Positions 38,402 to 50,881 of a stretch of 64,000 nt of DNA are shown here, piece by piece. Both the position numbers and the translations under genes were made by a program. Numbering within the stretch: the first letter of the stretch is position 1; each line of letters starts with the position of its first letter. The notes below the pieces were generated by a model that was not told where the DNA came from, searched no databases, and saw only the letters and a list, made by a program, of their open reading frames with translations. The stretch is from Magallana gigas (taxonomy: Eukaryota), in NCBI RefSeq assembly GCF_963853765.1, contig NC_088859.1, forward strand, positions 51,522,001 through 51,586,000, read 5' to 3'.

Positions 38402-39439
38402 TCATACAGTTGACGTCACCGTCACCTGTCGTCTGCGCAAAATGGCTGATCGTCTGCAAGAAAGCATCTGCTTAAGTTCCGCCGAAAACAGGTCGTCCAT
38501 GAACGCATAAACGATTGGATTGGCAATGTTATTGACAACAAAAAACATATCGACAAATCGGAGTCCTAGCAGCATTCCAGAAGACTGCGTGTCCCAGAAC
38601 CGGTCGGAGGTAGTCTCAAACAAAAACAAGATCATCTTTGGCACAAAACAACAGAAAAAGATGGCGGTTATCAACATAAACATCAGCGTCACTTTATAAA
38701 CTTTCAGTCGGTGTTCTTTTAATTTACTGCTCCTAGTCGTTGTGATTTTAGTTGATTTTGTGTAGCGGAAATAAATCTGTTTACCCACTTTCACATAGAG
38801 AACAAGTAACAGACAAACAATTACTGCAATCATCGACGTCAAGATGGCGCTGTGAATAAGAGAAAACGTTTTCCAGTCGGCAGAGGTTAGTCTACGACAG
38901 GCATTTCCTGTGATGTTTACTTTCTCTATTTCAACCAAATCTAATCCGTAAGTAAAATAAGACGGAACAGAGACGATGACAGATCCAAGGAAAGCAAGTA
39001 CAACTAAGAGACGTTTCCATGGAAGCGACATCTGGCGGCCGAGAGGTTTACAGATCTTCAGGTAGCGCTGGACGGCAATCACCGGTAACAGTAATACAGA
39101 CATGACAGTTGTCAGATACCCAAGGAACCAGCCACATTTACACAACGTCTCGTCATTGTAATTCACAGGGAATAGATTGAAGGACAAGTTAAATCCAGCG
39201 GAGAAACTGACAGAGAAGGCGTCCACCAGTGCTAGGTACGGGACAAAATATCGACCCTCACCCTCCCCGCCCAGTCGGACAGTGTACACAAACACGACAA
39301 TAGCGTTACCAAGGACTCCAATGAAGATACAGAGCGCCAAGAAGACGGTGTTTGGGAGGAGGACCCTAGAGATCTCCTTGCTTATCTCCGCGAGGCGTAC
39401 CTCCTCTGAAAGATTACCGGAAGTGTCCACGATGTCCAT
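38402..39439 (-). CDS. Rhodopsin-like (class A) GPCR, single coding exon, 345 aa
   Basis: Seven hydrophobic segments. TM1 GVLGN, TM2 LALVD, TM3 LCK...IAVQRYLKIC (QRY at the DRY position), ECL2 Cys (NACRR), TM6 CFVP, TM7 NPIVY. N-terminal sequon NLS. Confidence 0.93.
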   Translation of the reverse strand: MDIVDTSGNLSEEVRLAEISKEISRVLLPNTVFLALCIFIGVLGNAIVVFVYTVRLGGEGEGRYFVPYLALVDAFSVSFSAGFNLSFNLFPVNYNDETLCKCGWFLGYLTTVMSVLLLPVIAVQRYLKICKPLGRQMSLPWKRLLVVLAFLGSVIVSVPSYFTYGLDLVEIEKVNITGNACRRLTSADWKTFSLIHSAILTSMIAVIVCLLLVLYVKVGKQIYFRYTKSTKITTTRSSKLKEHRLKVYKVTLMFMLITAIFFCCFVPKMILFLFETTSDRFWDTQSSGMLLGLRFVDMFFVVNNIANPIVYAFMDDLFSAELKQMLSCRRSAILRRRQVTVTSTV

Positions 39440-39923
39440 CTAGCGCCTCATGTGTAAAGACGAGGCGAAGGAAAGTGAACTGGCAGTTGTTGTGTTCAAC
39501 AGGAAGAAAGACCCCAGGACGAATTGCTTTTTGCTGATGCGTAAACCTGTAGATAACATCGATTGGGTTTTTTGTTTTGTTTTTTTTGTTTCATAAAAAA
39601 ACTATATCATTCATGTGGTAATTAACCAATACTTACAACACGGAAATACATTGTTAAACTGGTTTTTTTTTTAAATTAGATGACTTCTAGATGTACATTC
39701 ATACTTTTGTGATCTCTTTTTAAGTATTATGATGTTCATTCGTATATTTTTAATGATACCCTTTGTGTAATACTACATTAAATAAAAAGATTCAGGGGGA
39801 TTTTAATACTTTTTCTATTACTCTAAAAATTTAAAAAGTCCATTATATATAATATATAAGTTTATGATACATAAAAAGTATATACGTAATATATTTAAAT
39901 CAATATTTTTTCTTGCTATTTAT

Positions 39924-40981
39924 AAACAAGAGGCCCATGGGGCCACATCGCTCACCTGAGCATCAATGACTTCATATGGGCGTTCAAAGGATATTGTGCC
40001 ATATAGCCCCTCGGTAGAATAACGAAAATAAATATTGTAAAGTGTTCGAATTTTACACTTATTTTTGCATGCACTTAATATTTGACATTGTACCTTTCTA
40101 CCATTTTTACCGAAAATAAAAATTCCTATGCAAGATATAAAACTAATCTTTTGGTAGGGGTACACTGTTATTTTCCAATTCCGTATATTTTCGTTCTGCC
40201 CACCCGACCCCCCCCCCCCCCCCCCACACACACACACTTTATAAAGCGATCAAAATATATGAGAGCAGAAATCTACATTTTCTTACTCAACTACTTACCA
40301 GTCATTGTATTTTTAAAACAAATACATGTATATTATAATAGTTATTGTATTTTATTTAAAAAATTCCTATAGATGTGAAGAAAAAAATTGTACTTCAGTT
40401 CAGTGCGCTTAATTCCTTAAATCAAAAACATTCAAAAACTACTTTAATCTTCCTTATAACCTTACTCAATTGATTGATGAATACATTTGAGAGAAAAAAG
40501 TTGTCACGTGACAAACTCAACAAAACACATTGCATTAATCAGCCATTACGCAAACCAAGAGATGTTTGTGAAACATTTATGCCCCCCCCCCCCCCCGAAG
40601 TATGGAATACCGAACCCGAAGTTATGAATTGATTGAAACGCGCATTTCCTTTATTATTATTTTCGTAATAACTCAGACTTGAAACAGAATAAGCCCATAA
40701 ATTTTGCAATTTATATTTTCCTTTCCATGAGGATTATTTATGCTAAATTACATTGAATTCGACTCAGTACGTAGTTCTTGAGAATAAGATTTTAAAAAAT
40801 GCAGCCCCCTTTTCTTACATAAAGATAGGACTTTAATATCTGCAATTTATACTTGCCATCCTTAAGGATACTTTGTGGTAACTTTGGTTGAAATTGGCCA
40901 AGCAGTTTTAGAGAAGAAGTTCAAAATGTAAAAAGTTTACAGACGGACAGACGGGCGACGGACAAAATGTGATCAGAATAA

Positions 40982-41014
<33 letters not shown>
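39924..41014 (+). mobile_element. Helentron-associated non-autonomous element (HINE-like)
   Basis: 5' aaacaagaggcccatggggccacatcgctcacctgag. Sub-terminal inverted repeat gctcacctgag/ctcaggtgagc, a GACG/GACA microsatellite at ~40940-40962, and a 3' stem-loop ctcacttgagctttcagctcaggtgag before an A-run. Confidence 0.75.
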
Positions 41015-41064
41015 GGTGTGTCTAATTACATGTATACACCTGTATTGACATCTTCGAGTGTGCT

Positions 41065-41235
41065 TCAAACAATAAAATGCTTTCTTTGATGATTCATGCG
41101 GGTTATTAAGGTAGCGATCATTGCAGAAAAGAATTTACATAACCTGCTAATGCAGCTTAATATGTATTTTTTCTGTAATGTCCCAACCTTTATATCCCGC
41201 ATGAATCACCAAATGAAGCATTTTATTGTTTAAAT
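41065..41235. repeat. Solo hairpin of the 17405-18300 element family
   Basis: aaacaataaaatgctttctttgatgattcatgcggg...cccgcatgaatcaccaaatgaagcatttttattgttt. Confidence 0.75.
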
Positions 41236-42578
41236 AATTCATTTTTAAGTCCATATTGACAGAATTTTACGCGCGTGGATTTGTACTTAAACTCATCTTC
41301 CAATAAAAGGTAATGGTTGATTTGCCATATTTAACAATCGTTGAAAATTTCGCACTTTCATAACGAGAATTAAATTTTTAAAATATATTTCTGTGAAACT
41401 ATACATCACTAGATATGTAAAATCAATAAAGAGTTTATTTAAATGAAATAAAGGCAGACAAGCCAGCTACCTTCTTTTTTAAAAGCTTATGACAGAGTAA
41501 TTGATCTTTTTTTTCATCAGATAATCATGTGTCGGTTCGATTAAATGCTGAATTATTTAGTCATAGAGCAAAGCTTGGCAATTCAGCTGAAAATGCCATT
41601 TACGGTGAATTTTGATTAAAAATTTCTTCCATTAATTTTTTTTTTTGTCAAACGCTGAAGCACTATATCAAAAGTGTTCAGAGTTTAACAAATGGTTACC
41701 GCTTCTAGCATTCGCAAAATTGTGTTGAGTCTTTTTAATTTTTTTCAGCGATTTAAAACAAACATACATACATTGTACTTATAAGCATAATCTTACGCCT
41801 TACAAGTTGTATCCAGAACAGTCGGAACATTTTCCTAACTGGTGTTTCCACATCCGACAAATCGGGCTTCTAATCTAAAAGTACTTGCAGTCCAGCTGAC
41901 GTTAATCTTATATTTTGATGTATTCAAGAAAAAATAGAGTTTAACAGGGCAATAGAAGATTACGTTTTCTACAGATTTGTCTTGTTAATTTGACTGCATA
42001 CAGATTTTAAAATGTTATATCTGACGATCTTTTTTGATTCAGAATTGCCAATTTTCATTGGATTGGGTTGTGTTTGTGTTTTACCAATTCATAAAACTTG
42101 TGTAATTAAATTCGCAAATCCCATATTATTCTATACAGTATACCACTTAAATTGCTTGAATCTTGAATCGTTGCTCCGACACAAGGCAATGAAACAGTTC
42201 ATTTTTAAAATTGTTTTGAAGCCGAGTAGCTCAAAAGATGAATAAGATATTAGAAAATATACTATTTATATAAAAAAAAATAGATACATTTGCATGAAAT
42301 ATTCAAGATAGAATACGATGTACCCATAATATGCAAAATTCGATACAAATGAAAATACGTTTTGTTTCGGTTCACCCGACTGTTTTGTACACCATATGGC
42401 GATTATTTAGTACACCCAATTGTCAACAATCATAGATTCAAAAATAACAACTCACCAATAGTGTTCCTAATACTTTTTTGTTGCACACACTAGCAATCAA
42501 ATTATCATTGCGAAAAGCATAACTTCATAACAGATAATCGCGTTGCATTGATTATTATAATCAAATTCTGACACAATA

Positions 42579-43207
42579 GGCCTCATTCACACCACAACTG
42601 GCCGTGCGTGCGTTTGGTGTCTATAAGCAGGTTCTAATGAAAAATCTTGTGAGACACGCAAGTGCATTTTACGACTTTGGAAGGACGGTTTCCTTGCGAG
42701 ATGTAAAACCTGTAAACCCATGTCCAGTTGTACTTCACTTAAGGAACCCGTGGGATAACCTTACGATTTGACTTGCACGAATGATGCAAGGAGATCTCAC
42801 TTGTTCCTTGCGTTATATGTACGTTTACTGCAAGTCGCTTGTGCTCACCATCAACATATTAAGCCTCAGCCACAACTGACCGTACGTGATAAATGACTTC
42901 CAAGTGACCTACAAAGAGAATTTTAATATTACTGTCATTCACATCGCTAACGTACGTTTGTTGCACAATAAACGTAAGACTCAAGTACGGCTCATATGGG
43001 CATCGCACGTTGCGAGTGGCAACCCGTCTACAAACAAAATTGTACGTGACACCTACGACTGGCACGTCAAACGTCCGTTTGTCTTACGTTGCATTCTTAA
43101 CCATTTCAGCACGATTTATAACGCTATGATCAGCTACGGACGCCAAGACTGACAAACCCGTAAAACACACAATCACCAAACACGTACGGCCAGTTGTAAA
43201 TGAGAGT
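42579..43207. mobile_element. Putative TIR element (~630 bp), family unassigned
   Basis: Left ctcattcacaccacaactggccgtgcgtgcgtttggtg versus reverse complement of the right end ctcatttacaactggccgtacgtgtttggtg. Only short non-homologous ORFs inside. Confidence 0.5.
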
Positions 43208-44339
43208 TTAGCTTACAGCTAGACTTTAATTTATTTTTCAAAGCCAAGGCAAAGTTACAAATTCAAGCTATAGCAAGTGTCTGATAAAGAATATGGGATT
43301 GTGTCCCTGTAAATGTACATGTACAGGTATACATATTTTGGTCTGTGTTTAATAGGCAACTCATAACTCCAACAATGGCGACATGTATTTGTAGACAAAA
43401 TGACCGAGAAATTGTAACTGTGTAAAATTATGGTTCTAATGTTTCAAATGTTAATTACTCACAAATAAAAAAAGGATCATAATATCTTTGTATTATTTTA
43501 ATTTCGAAATTTGATTATATCTTCTTTCTATGTAATTATTTTAATTGAAGTGTCAGGAATTTATTTCGTATCCTTTGTAGTTTTAACTAATACTTTAGAT
43601 TGAAAATTACTTAAAATTTCACTAGTTCAACAAACTTCTTCCTTTCAGAGAGAGAAAAATAAAGCATCAAATTCCTTTATGTAAAATCAAAGGCGATATG
43701 ATACAAGGATATGTGCTAATAAAGTCGCGTTCGTTTACCGGGGAAATGAGACAGACTTACAAATGTGGGTCATATTGCTCAGCGTTGTCAAACTCATTCA
43801 TAAGTGTTAATAATTTTAAAGGATGATTTCTATCTATGCATGATGTTTGATAGATTATCATACGAAATTATCAGACAGCAATGATGTTTCCCGTCCTCAC
43901 GGAAGACGTAATTGGATTTACACGTCCCTTTCCCACAATACATCAAGTTTAAAGTATTGTCTATTGTACAATTTAGTATTACAATTAACATGGTGCATCA
44001 CGTGAAATGTATATTTTACCTGTTGATAGTTTATATGCATTAAATAGCCCTGATCACACCACCATGCATCTATGATAGCTTGATAAACAAAACTTTATGG
44101 AAACAGTATGATATGATTTGAAAAAAACAATTCAATCTTTGGTTTATAAATTAAGAACACTGTATATGCACTTACATGAATACAGGGCGATTATAAGATT
44201 AATATTATATTCGTAACAATGTGAATAAATACTCAAACAGCAGTATATTTTGTCTTTTACAAGTGTGACATTGGGTTCTTTCCCAATTATCTCCAATAAT
44301 TCTTCCGCAGTCCCGATCAAATATATTTTAGTTCAACAT

Positions 44340-44970
44340 TTCTCCTTTGTTCGCGAAAGAAAATTTCGCGTTTATTTGCGGAACTATGCTTTGCGGTTTT
44401 TGCCAAAAGTTACTATTGAAATGTTTTGCGAAAGTAAAGCGGTTATATTACAAAAGTTACGCTTTTATTCTCAAATTTTGAATTGATTCCCAAAAATTAC
44501 TTGTTTTTGCAAACGTTTTGCTTTTATTCGCGAAAGATACGCGTTGATTTGCAAAAGCTTCGCGTTATAATCGCGATTAATTACGCTTTTATAAGCTGTA
44601 CGGGTTTTTGTATATTTTCACTAGATTTCATTTATAAAAAAAACCCCAAAAACAAACGACTTAGGAGAACTCGTAAATCAACGGAAAATGAAAAAATATC
44701 GCATTAACATAAGCATGACCATTATTTGAGTTTATGATGATGTCTCTGAAATGATATAAAGTGATCAATAATTCATATCTCTTAAAAGAACTACAGAAGA
44801 CCCTAAATTATTCTTTTTTCATTAAATGAAGCAATTTATTAGCGAAAGTCTAGCATTTTTTTCGCGATAGTTGCGCGTTCATATGCGACTTTTATGCGTT
44901 TTATCGCGAAAGTTACGCGTTACGCAATATCATTATCACAATGGTTGCTAGTTATTTGCGAAATAAACTT
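44340..44970. repeat. Degenerate tandem repeats rich in tcgcgaaa/tttgcg words
   Basis: Two blocks (~44340-44600 and ~44840-44970) of short degenerate units containing ttcgcgaaa, ttacgc and tttgcg. Confidence 0.6.
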
Positions 44971-47296
44971 CAAATGCAATTGCTTAGGTTTGAATCACAG
45001 GGACCAAGCCCGTTTTAACATTAATTTCAATGTAACCATAAATAAAGAAAGGGGTCGAACCCTGACCCAAATAAAAAAACTACCAGCTCGCTTCAAAAGT
45101 CTAATAAATCAATTAATTTTTAAAACACTCGCAATATGCATGTATTTTCATAAAAGTAATGTCTGAGATACACTCATGCCGAATTTCAAGTTGATGGGTC
45201 TTAAAATAGCGGAGATATACGTCATTATTCTCTCGAAGCCGCCAATTTATTTTTACTCGGACATTTACCGGTCCAAGGATCACGATCATGGGATTTTGCC
45301 TCTGACAACAGCAGTATTGCAACAAGTCGAGAAACCTTCGCACTCATCTTTTAAAATCTCACATCAAATGCACGCTACTTACATACAAAAACTCCGATAA
45401 AATATCTTAAATACTCTCCATACTGAACTTGTATTCATACATTGTTATAATAGCTTCTTTTTTAAGACTGACGAATAGGTACCAAGAGTTGTGCATGTGA
45501 AACTCATAATAATATAATGAAAATGATATAATTGATGGCGTTAAACATGTTACCATGTTGACTAGACGGAGACACTGTATATTAAGTATTTATCTGAATG
45601 GTTGAGTTATTGTTTTTTCAAACAAATGCCTGTATGTCTTATCATCAAAAAAATGTTTCAATTATCTAATATATTACGATGATCTTTTCCTGTGCGGAAT
45701 GTTCGGGCTTTAGATCAAAGAAAAAAAGCGGGAATTTTTTGACATACTTTTAAAAATTATCGCACAACTAAAAATTAAATCCACAGAACATCAATTAAGT
45801 TTCTATCATTTCAATTTAAATCAGATTAAAAAACAAGTTATGTTTTGAACAGTATAACGTTGATGATCATCAAATGTCTGGATCAACAGATTAACGCTGA
45901 GTGATAATCTATCGATAACCTAGTCTACAGAAATAATCTGTTACAAGGTTCCTGTTTCCGCTATATAAATATATTATAATAGTTCCCATGAAGGTTAAAA
46001 CCAATGTATGCAATAGATCCAGTATTTTTTATCCCATGAGGGTCCGAATAATAATTTTGTTTGCCAGGGATTATGGGAGGGGGGTTAAGTTATCCGAGGC
46101 CTTTTGTGTACTTGAAAAGTTTTAAATTCACCAAGAAGGGGTCGTGAGCACCAGCCCCACCCCCACCCCCCCCCCCCCCCCAATCTTCCTCCCACTTATT
46201 TCTACATCTGCGCATACAACGTACAATTTCAGTGTAAACATATATTGCGTTATTGTCCCTTTCCAGCTAAGAGTGATAATAATTTGCCAGAAGAAATCTC
46301 AATAATTACTTAATGTTTCTCCAGTCGAGAGTTGTCGTTCATGCCATGGCTAGGGTCACTGAACCTGTTAAAATGGTTTGTGACTATATACAATGTATAT
46401 AACAACAAAAGATGTGAGCACAATTTCGTATCACTCCCTTAATAGACAAAATATTCAAAATAAGAGCACAAAAAATTGAGTTGCAGCATTCATATTGTGT
46501 TCACCATTTTAATTTATAAATATTTCGAATGTAGTGAGGTAGGTTTTACAAAAATAAGTGGGTACGTAAGTGATGACAATTTTTTAATCGTTTTCAAAAA
46601 TGTTATCTTCTATAATTTATACAGTGTAATTTGATAACAGTTTAAACCCTCCCACTCCCTGCTAATTTTATTTCCTCGTCTTTAAGTACTACAGATGACC
46701 AGCGTAGATCAGGAAGACCGCGCACTAGTATCTCATTGAAGGCCATTTCCGTTACAATCCTATAAACTCCAATGACTAACAACAAACTCATGCAATTTTA
46801 CCATCTCTTTTACAGAAAACTATAGTTCATTATCACACCTCCTTGTCTCATTTTGACCTTTTGACCATATAGATCTTGTCTGTCTTAAAATAAACCGTCC
46901 TTAGAGGGCTTGTCTGTCTTAAATACTAGTAACGTTTATCAATGCCAAAACAATAAAAATTGTCTTTTTAATTTTGATCGCCATATATAATAATCTGACC
47001 CGCTTCGTATTCGGGCCGAAACACTTCTTCCCTAAATAATTCAGTTGGCCCAATTTAGGCTTACTCAGGATAAATTCATTTACATGAAACGTTTGTGAAA
47101 GTCAGTTCAAGCGAATAGCGAATTTAAAAGTGTGATTTGTGTGTTGTTTTACTTGGATTTCTGCTTACACGAAAATATAAAATAGTTTTTTTTCCCCAAA
47201 CACACTTCAAAACACTAAAATAAGATTACTTACATATACGCAAATGAACCACAAGCAAAATACATGTAAGAAGTTCTACAGTAATTAACTGACACG

Positions 47297-48319
47297 TTAT
47301 AGCGAGTAGTCTAAGTCACAGAATATTTTCTTCAGCTGCTGTGAGAACTTGACGTCCAGAAAAGCATATACGAACGGGTTTGCGATGTTATTGATAACGA
47401 AGAGAACGTCGAGGAATCGAACCAGGAGCCTGTCACTGTAAGACAGAGAGTCCCAGAACCTACTGTCTACACACTCCAGGATGAAGATGACGACCTTGGG
47501 CGAGAAGCTGACGATGAAGATCAAAGAGATCAGCATAAACATGGCTGTAATTTTGAACATTGTTTGCTTGTTTCTGTCGGCTGAGCTTGTGCCATTGGTA
47601 CCATCGTTCAAGTTTGTCATCTTCACGTTATTGTCGTTGGTTCTTTGACGTTTCCACTGCTGCATCTGAGAGTGAATTTTTCGCCCGATTAATGTGTATA
47701 AAATGATTAATGCCCAGACTACGCCAGCGACGATGACATTGCAAACAATAGCGTGAATAAGAGACAACCATCGATTCTCTAGAGTCAGTCGTCGGCAGGC
47801 ACTTCCGGTGACGTTATACCGAGCGCTGTACGCAGGGTCCAGCCCATACGTTACTGGAATAGGTGCCGAAATCAGAGCCGCCGCAATAAACGTGCCGAGC
47901 ACCGCCACTCTTTTCCACCCTAGCGTCATCTGCTTACCAAACGGTCGACAGATCTTCAGGTACCGCTGTATGGCGATGACCAGCAGCAGGAATATCGACA
48001 TTACTGACGCCATGTAACCAAAGAACCAGCTCCATTTACAGAGTTGCTGGCCCTTGAACCTGATGGGGCTGACGTTGTACGAGATGTTGAAGCCCGCGGT
48101 TTCACAGAGAGCCAGGAGATCGACCACGGCAAGGATCGGGATGAAGTAACGCTCCTTCGCTCCACGCAGTTTGAGACCATAGATGAGGATGACGAGGCTG
48201 TTTCCGATGATTCCATTAACGATACATATACCCAGAAATACGGAGCTCGGAATCAAGGTCTGGGACAGTTCCGCGTTCCAAGAGTTGATCCGGGAATCCT
48301 CTTCCGAGATGTTTGCCAT
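47297..48319 (-). CDS. Rhodopsin-like (class A) GPCR, single coding exon, ~340 aa
   Basis: Motifs GIIGN, LAVVD, IAIQRYLKIC, SACRR, SFSP, NPFVY. Start placed at ATG 48317-48319 (MANISEE, with sequon). The ORF-track start at 48361 is a TTG upstream of acceptor-like AG sites. Confidence 0.92.
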   Translation of the reverse strand: MANISEEDSRINSWNAELSQTLIPSSVFLGICIVNGIIGNSLVILIYGLKLRGAKERYFIPILAVVDLLALCETAGFNISYNVSPIRFKGQQLCKWSWFFGYMASVMSIFLLLVIAIQRYLKICRPFGKQMTLGWKRVAVLGTFIAAALISAPIPVTYGLDPAYSARYNVTGSACRRLTLENRWLSLIHAIVCNVIVAGVVWALIILYTLIGRKIHSQMQQWKRQRTNDNNVKMTNLNDGTNGTSSADRNKQTMFKITAMFMLISLIFIVSFSPKVVIFILECVDSRFWDSLSYSDRLLVRFLDVLFVINNIANPFVYAFLDVKFSQQLKKIFCDLDYSL

Positions 48320-49282
48320 AATTAGTCGGTCTGTTCTGATCAATAGGTAGGAGACGGTCAAGTTATATTATCAATATACATGTACCTCTGCGTGTGAATT
48401 ATCACTTATAAAAGTAAAGTGATTTTAACTTCCTTCCTTCAAAGATGGGCGGGATGATAGATTAATTATTTTACTAAATTATGTGGGATATAAAGTACCA
48501 CAAGGCTCACGTATTGATAATCTTATGGTAGACCTTTTTATTTTGAAATAAGAAGTATTTGTAATCTATTCATTCGGTTTTTAACAGATTTCCATAGTAC
48601 TGATTTGTCGCACTGTATAAAGGTAAAAAGTGATTTCAAAACATTTTCTGTAATTCTTTAAGAGCAAGGAAGAAAATGTTATAACAACTATGGTGGTTTT
48701 GATTGACAAGTATTCTTCTTACAATATTTCTCTGCTAGATTGGGCCCACACGTATAATGCACTTAGTAGTTTTACTACAGGCTTATTCTACTTGACACAT
48801 ATATAATTCCTCTATACACTTCACTTTGACATTAGGATCATTGAAATTTTTCTACGTATATACACGCGTGTAGCGTGTCAGACTACACGTTTTAATGCTG
48901 ACCGTTGTTAAGATACAATACCTTTCCTAAAAGAGTGATAACGCACACTTGGACAGATATCTTTTGACCTTAAAAACCAATTTAATATAATTTTAATTGA
49001 AAGGCCATGTCAAGGCATAGCTCAAAATATTACATCTAAAAGTTTGAGATAGATATGATGTGTAATTCACTGACTTTTCAGCCTCCTTAAATGTTCTGTT
49101 CTGATTTCAACAATGAGATAAATATATCGTCTAATAATTTGTGAAAATCGGAGTCATTATTTCGAAAGCAATTTCGTATGTGTAAATGGTGTATGAAAGG
49201 TTGATGAACCTTTGATAAAGATAATTTGGTTAACTTCTAAATAAGAATTTGTTTTCATGCAATCAATATCTATCATGAACAA

Positions 49283-49552
49283 GTAGAACTATTATAACAA
49301 GGCCTTGGACTACCAGTAGGACGTTACTATGATATATATTTCTTGTGTCAAAACAAGTTAAAAATGAGGCTGGTTTCGAGTGAAATATACACCGATTGCA
49401 TTGCTTAGCTGAAAAGCCAGACAAATCTTGTTGATTTCAAAAAGCAATGGCTGAGTGGCCTACAATGAAATAGACAGGCCTACCTCACATTGCTGTTTGA
49501 CACAAACTACCCAAAGTCCAAGCTCTTGTTAAAATGGTTCAAATACTCTTAA
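49283..49552. mobile_element. ~265-bp self-inverted repeat element, copy 1
   Basis: Internal ends aactattataacaaggccttggact / aaagtccaagctcttgttaaaatggtt are inverted. The whole segment matches the reverse complement of 53939-54192. Confidence 0.65.
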
Positions 49553-50881
49553 GTGGACTAGATACAGAAGTAGTCTAGCATATTCTTTGTTCAAACTTTT
49601 ACAGAAGTCTTTGAGCCCGATTTTCACTTCCACTTAGTTATAATTACAAGTTGCTGTCCTTTAAAAAAGGACATATTTCATAATACTGATAGTTCATATC
49701 ACATGCCAATCATTTCTTTAAAAGGAATACCTTGTCTGTACCGTTTACTGACAACTTTACAATTACAGCGCCTTTGAACTTATATGTGTCATATGGCACG
49801 GAATCCCGATCCCGATTCAGATAAACTTGTGCTAGCCTGGTTCCCTGAGCTACCCATTACGCACAGGAACCAGGCTAGCTCATGCGCAGGCTGAATTTTC
49901 CCTATAGCATCCGGTTTAACCTCGCTTATATATTTTCTGCGTGGACCTCAGGGTCCACGCAATTATTATATTTGAAGATGATGGGAATCACATTGCAGTG
50001 ATCGCTTTCATGTGAACTTCAGAAAACAAAATAAATGGGAAACATCTGGAGAATTTCACCGGCAGATGATCTTATCAACAGTATCTTATACCAAAGAAAA
50101 AACACAAATTATACAAAATAATTAATGTTTTATGGAAAAAACCAATGAAAAGTCTTTTTCAGTTAAAAAGTAAGCGAGCGCCGGTTAACCGTTAAGTAAT
50201 GGCGTCAATTGGCTCTCTACACGAAGGTGTTTATTCCACCGATTTCTTTCTCGTTTATCTTGTAAATAATATCAACCAATCATATGCTCGATTAAAGCTG
50301 TCTGTATGCCCCATATCAACGTAACCTTCCTAACAGAAGATTTATGTATTTTTCTTTCGATCATAAATGCACGCTGTATTGAGTGGAGCTGTCAAGCAAT
50401 TTACCTGGGATAACTCAGACCAGAATTATTTGATTGTAGGTTAAATAGATTCGCATGTTCAATGTTAAACCCCTGGTCAATTGAATTCGGAAAAGAAAAA
50501 CGTTTTCAAAATAACGTTGTAATTTTATTCTTGTTCAAGTAATGGCAGAACGTGAACATCAATTCATAAAATCAACAAACGATAAATTATGTAAATAAAG
50601 AGAAATGATTGCGGTCTCTAAAATAGTTTTTCTTGTAGAATTTTCAATTATAATAATCATTCAATATGCATTTTAGTCATATTGTATTTTTTGCACAATC
50701 TGTTTCTCGTGAATTTGATAAATCATTGCCATGTTACACTCCGGATCTTGTAGTTGTTTTCTAATATGTGCTTACAAATATACATTCAACTCTTAAAACT
50801 TCCATGAACGGTAACATTTCAATATGATAAATACTTATAGTCTTCGGTGTAATCAAGGGAAATGTGTAAGAATTCAGTCAC

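Noticed and set aside
48320-48361. N-terminal extensions in the ORF track for GPCR3 (and 52865-52879 for TRIM)
   Set aside because: Both begin at TTG codons in polypyrimidine/acceptor sequence. The downstream ATGs are the plausible starts.
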